A DNA stretch of 64,000 nucleotides, taken from contig NC_043005.1 of NCBI RefSeq assembly GCF_006345805.1, positions 79,732,001 to 79,796,000 of the forward strand, given 5' to 3'. The DNA comes from Octopus sinensis (Eukaryota). The translations under genes were made by a program, and so were the position numbers. Of the stretch, positions 63,462-64,000 are shown in pieces (within the stretch, counting starts at the first letter, position 1; every line of letters starts with the position of its first letter). The notes under the pieces were generated by a model that had not been told where the DNA came from, did no database searches, and saw only the letters and a list, made by a program, of their open reading frames with translations.

Positions 63462-63764
63462 TATATATATAATATATATACGTATATATATACATATATA
63501 CATAAATATAAACATATATATATATACATACATATAACACTTGTATATACACACACATACACATATATTTGAATATATGTACGGATATTATTGCTTACAA
63601 TAATGTCAAAATATCAAGCGGCAGAGTATGCGTAAGAAAACATACAGGTAATGTCATAAGGTAAAGAATTATTTTTTTAATAATTAAGTGTCATACAAGT
63701 AGTACCAGCACTGGTATCTTTCGTGTGCTGGTGCTACATTTAGCACCCTCAATTATTAATGTGT

Positions 63765-63916
63765 GCCTGCGTGGTAAGTAGATTGCTTACCAACCAGATG
63801 GTTCTGGGTTCAGTCTCACTGCGTAGCACCTTGGGCGAGTGTTTTCTACAAAAGCCTCGAGCTGACCAAAGTTTTGTGAGTGGATTTGGTAGATGGAAAA
63901 TGAATGAAGCTCATTT

Positions 63917-63925
<9 letters not shown>
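63765..63925 (+). mobile_element. SINE family B head
   Basis: gcgtggtaagtagattgcttaccaaccagatggttctgggttcagtc...gtggatttggtagatggaaaatg. Confidence 0.85.
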
Positions 63926-63948
<23 letters not shown>

Positions 63949-63949
63949 C

Positions 63950-63982
<33 letters not shown>

Positions 63983-64000
63983 TGTATGTATGTATGTATG

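Overview
AT-rich, microsatellite-saturated animal genomic DNA with one 100-N assembly gap (8679-8778). The SINE families are ones I recognise from Octopus (coleoid cephalopod) assemblies; this is recognition from memory, not a database result. I cannot support any host protein-coding exon. Nearly all ORFs in the track are simple-repeat artefacts, so the window is intergenic or deep intronic. It contains: (i) dozens of tRNA-derived SINEs from at least four families; (ii) decayed retroelement and transposon coding remnants (Penelope-like GIY-YIG endonuclease, four RTE-clade LINE 3' pieces including one with an 11-bp target-site duplication, an L1/Tx1 3' end, an R4/Dong-like REL endonuclease 3' end, and a mariner transposase); (iii) at least seven fold-back or TIR elements; and (iv) a set of type I hammerhead-ribozyme motifs. 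Two of these motifs look structurally complete (37659-37729 and 38603-38678, both minus strand). A minimal motif with a palindromic stem III recurs in several copies with compensatory stem changes. The most interesting signal is the co-occurrence of hammerheads, fold-back and partial-tandem architecture, (TA)n junctions and a Penelope endonuclease remnant. This suggests a diverse population of non-autonomous Penelope-derived, retrozyme-like elements. The link is inference and needs testing.
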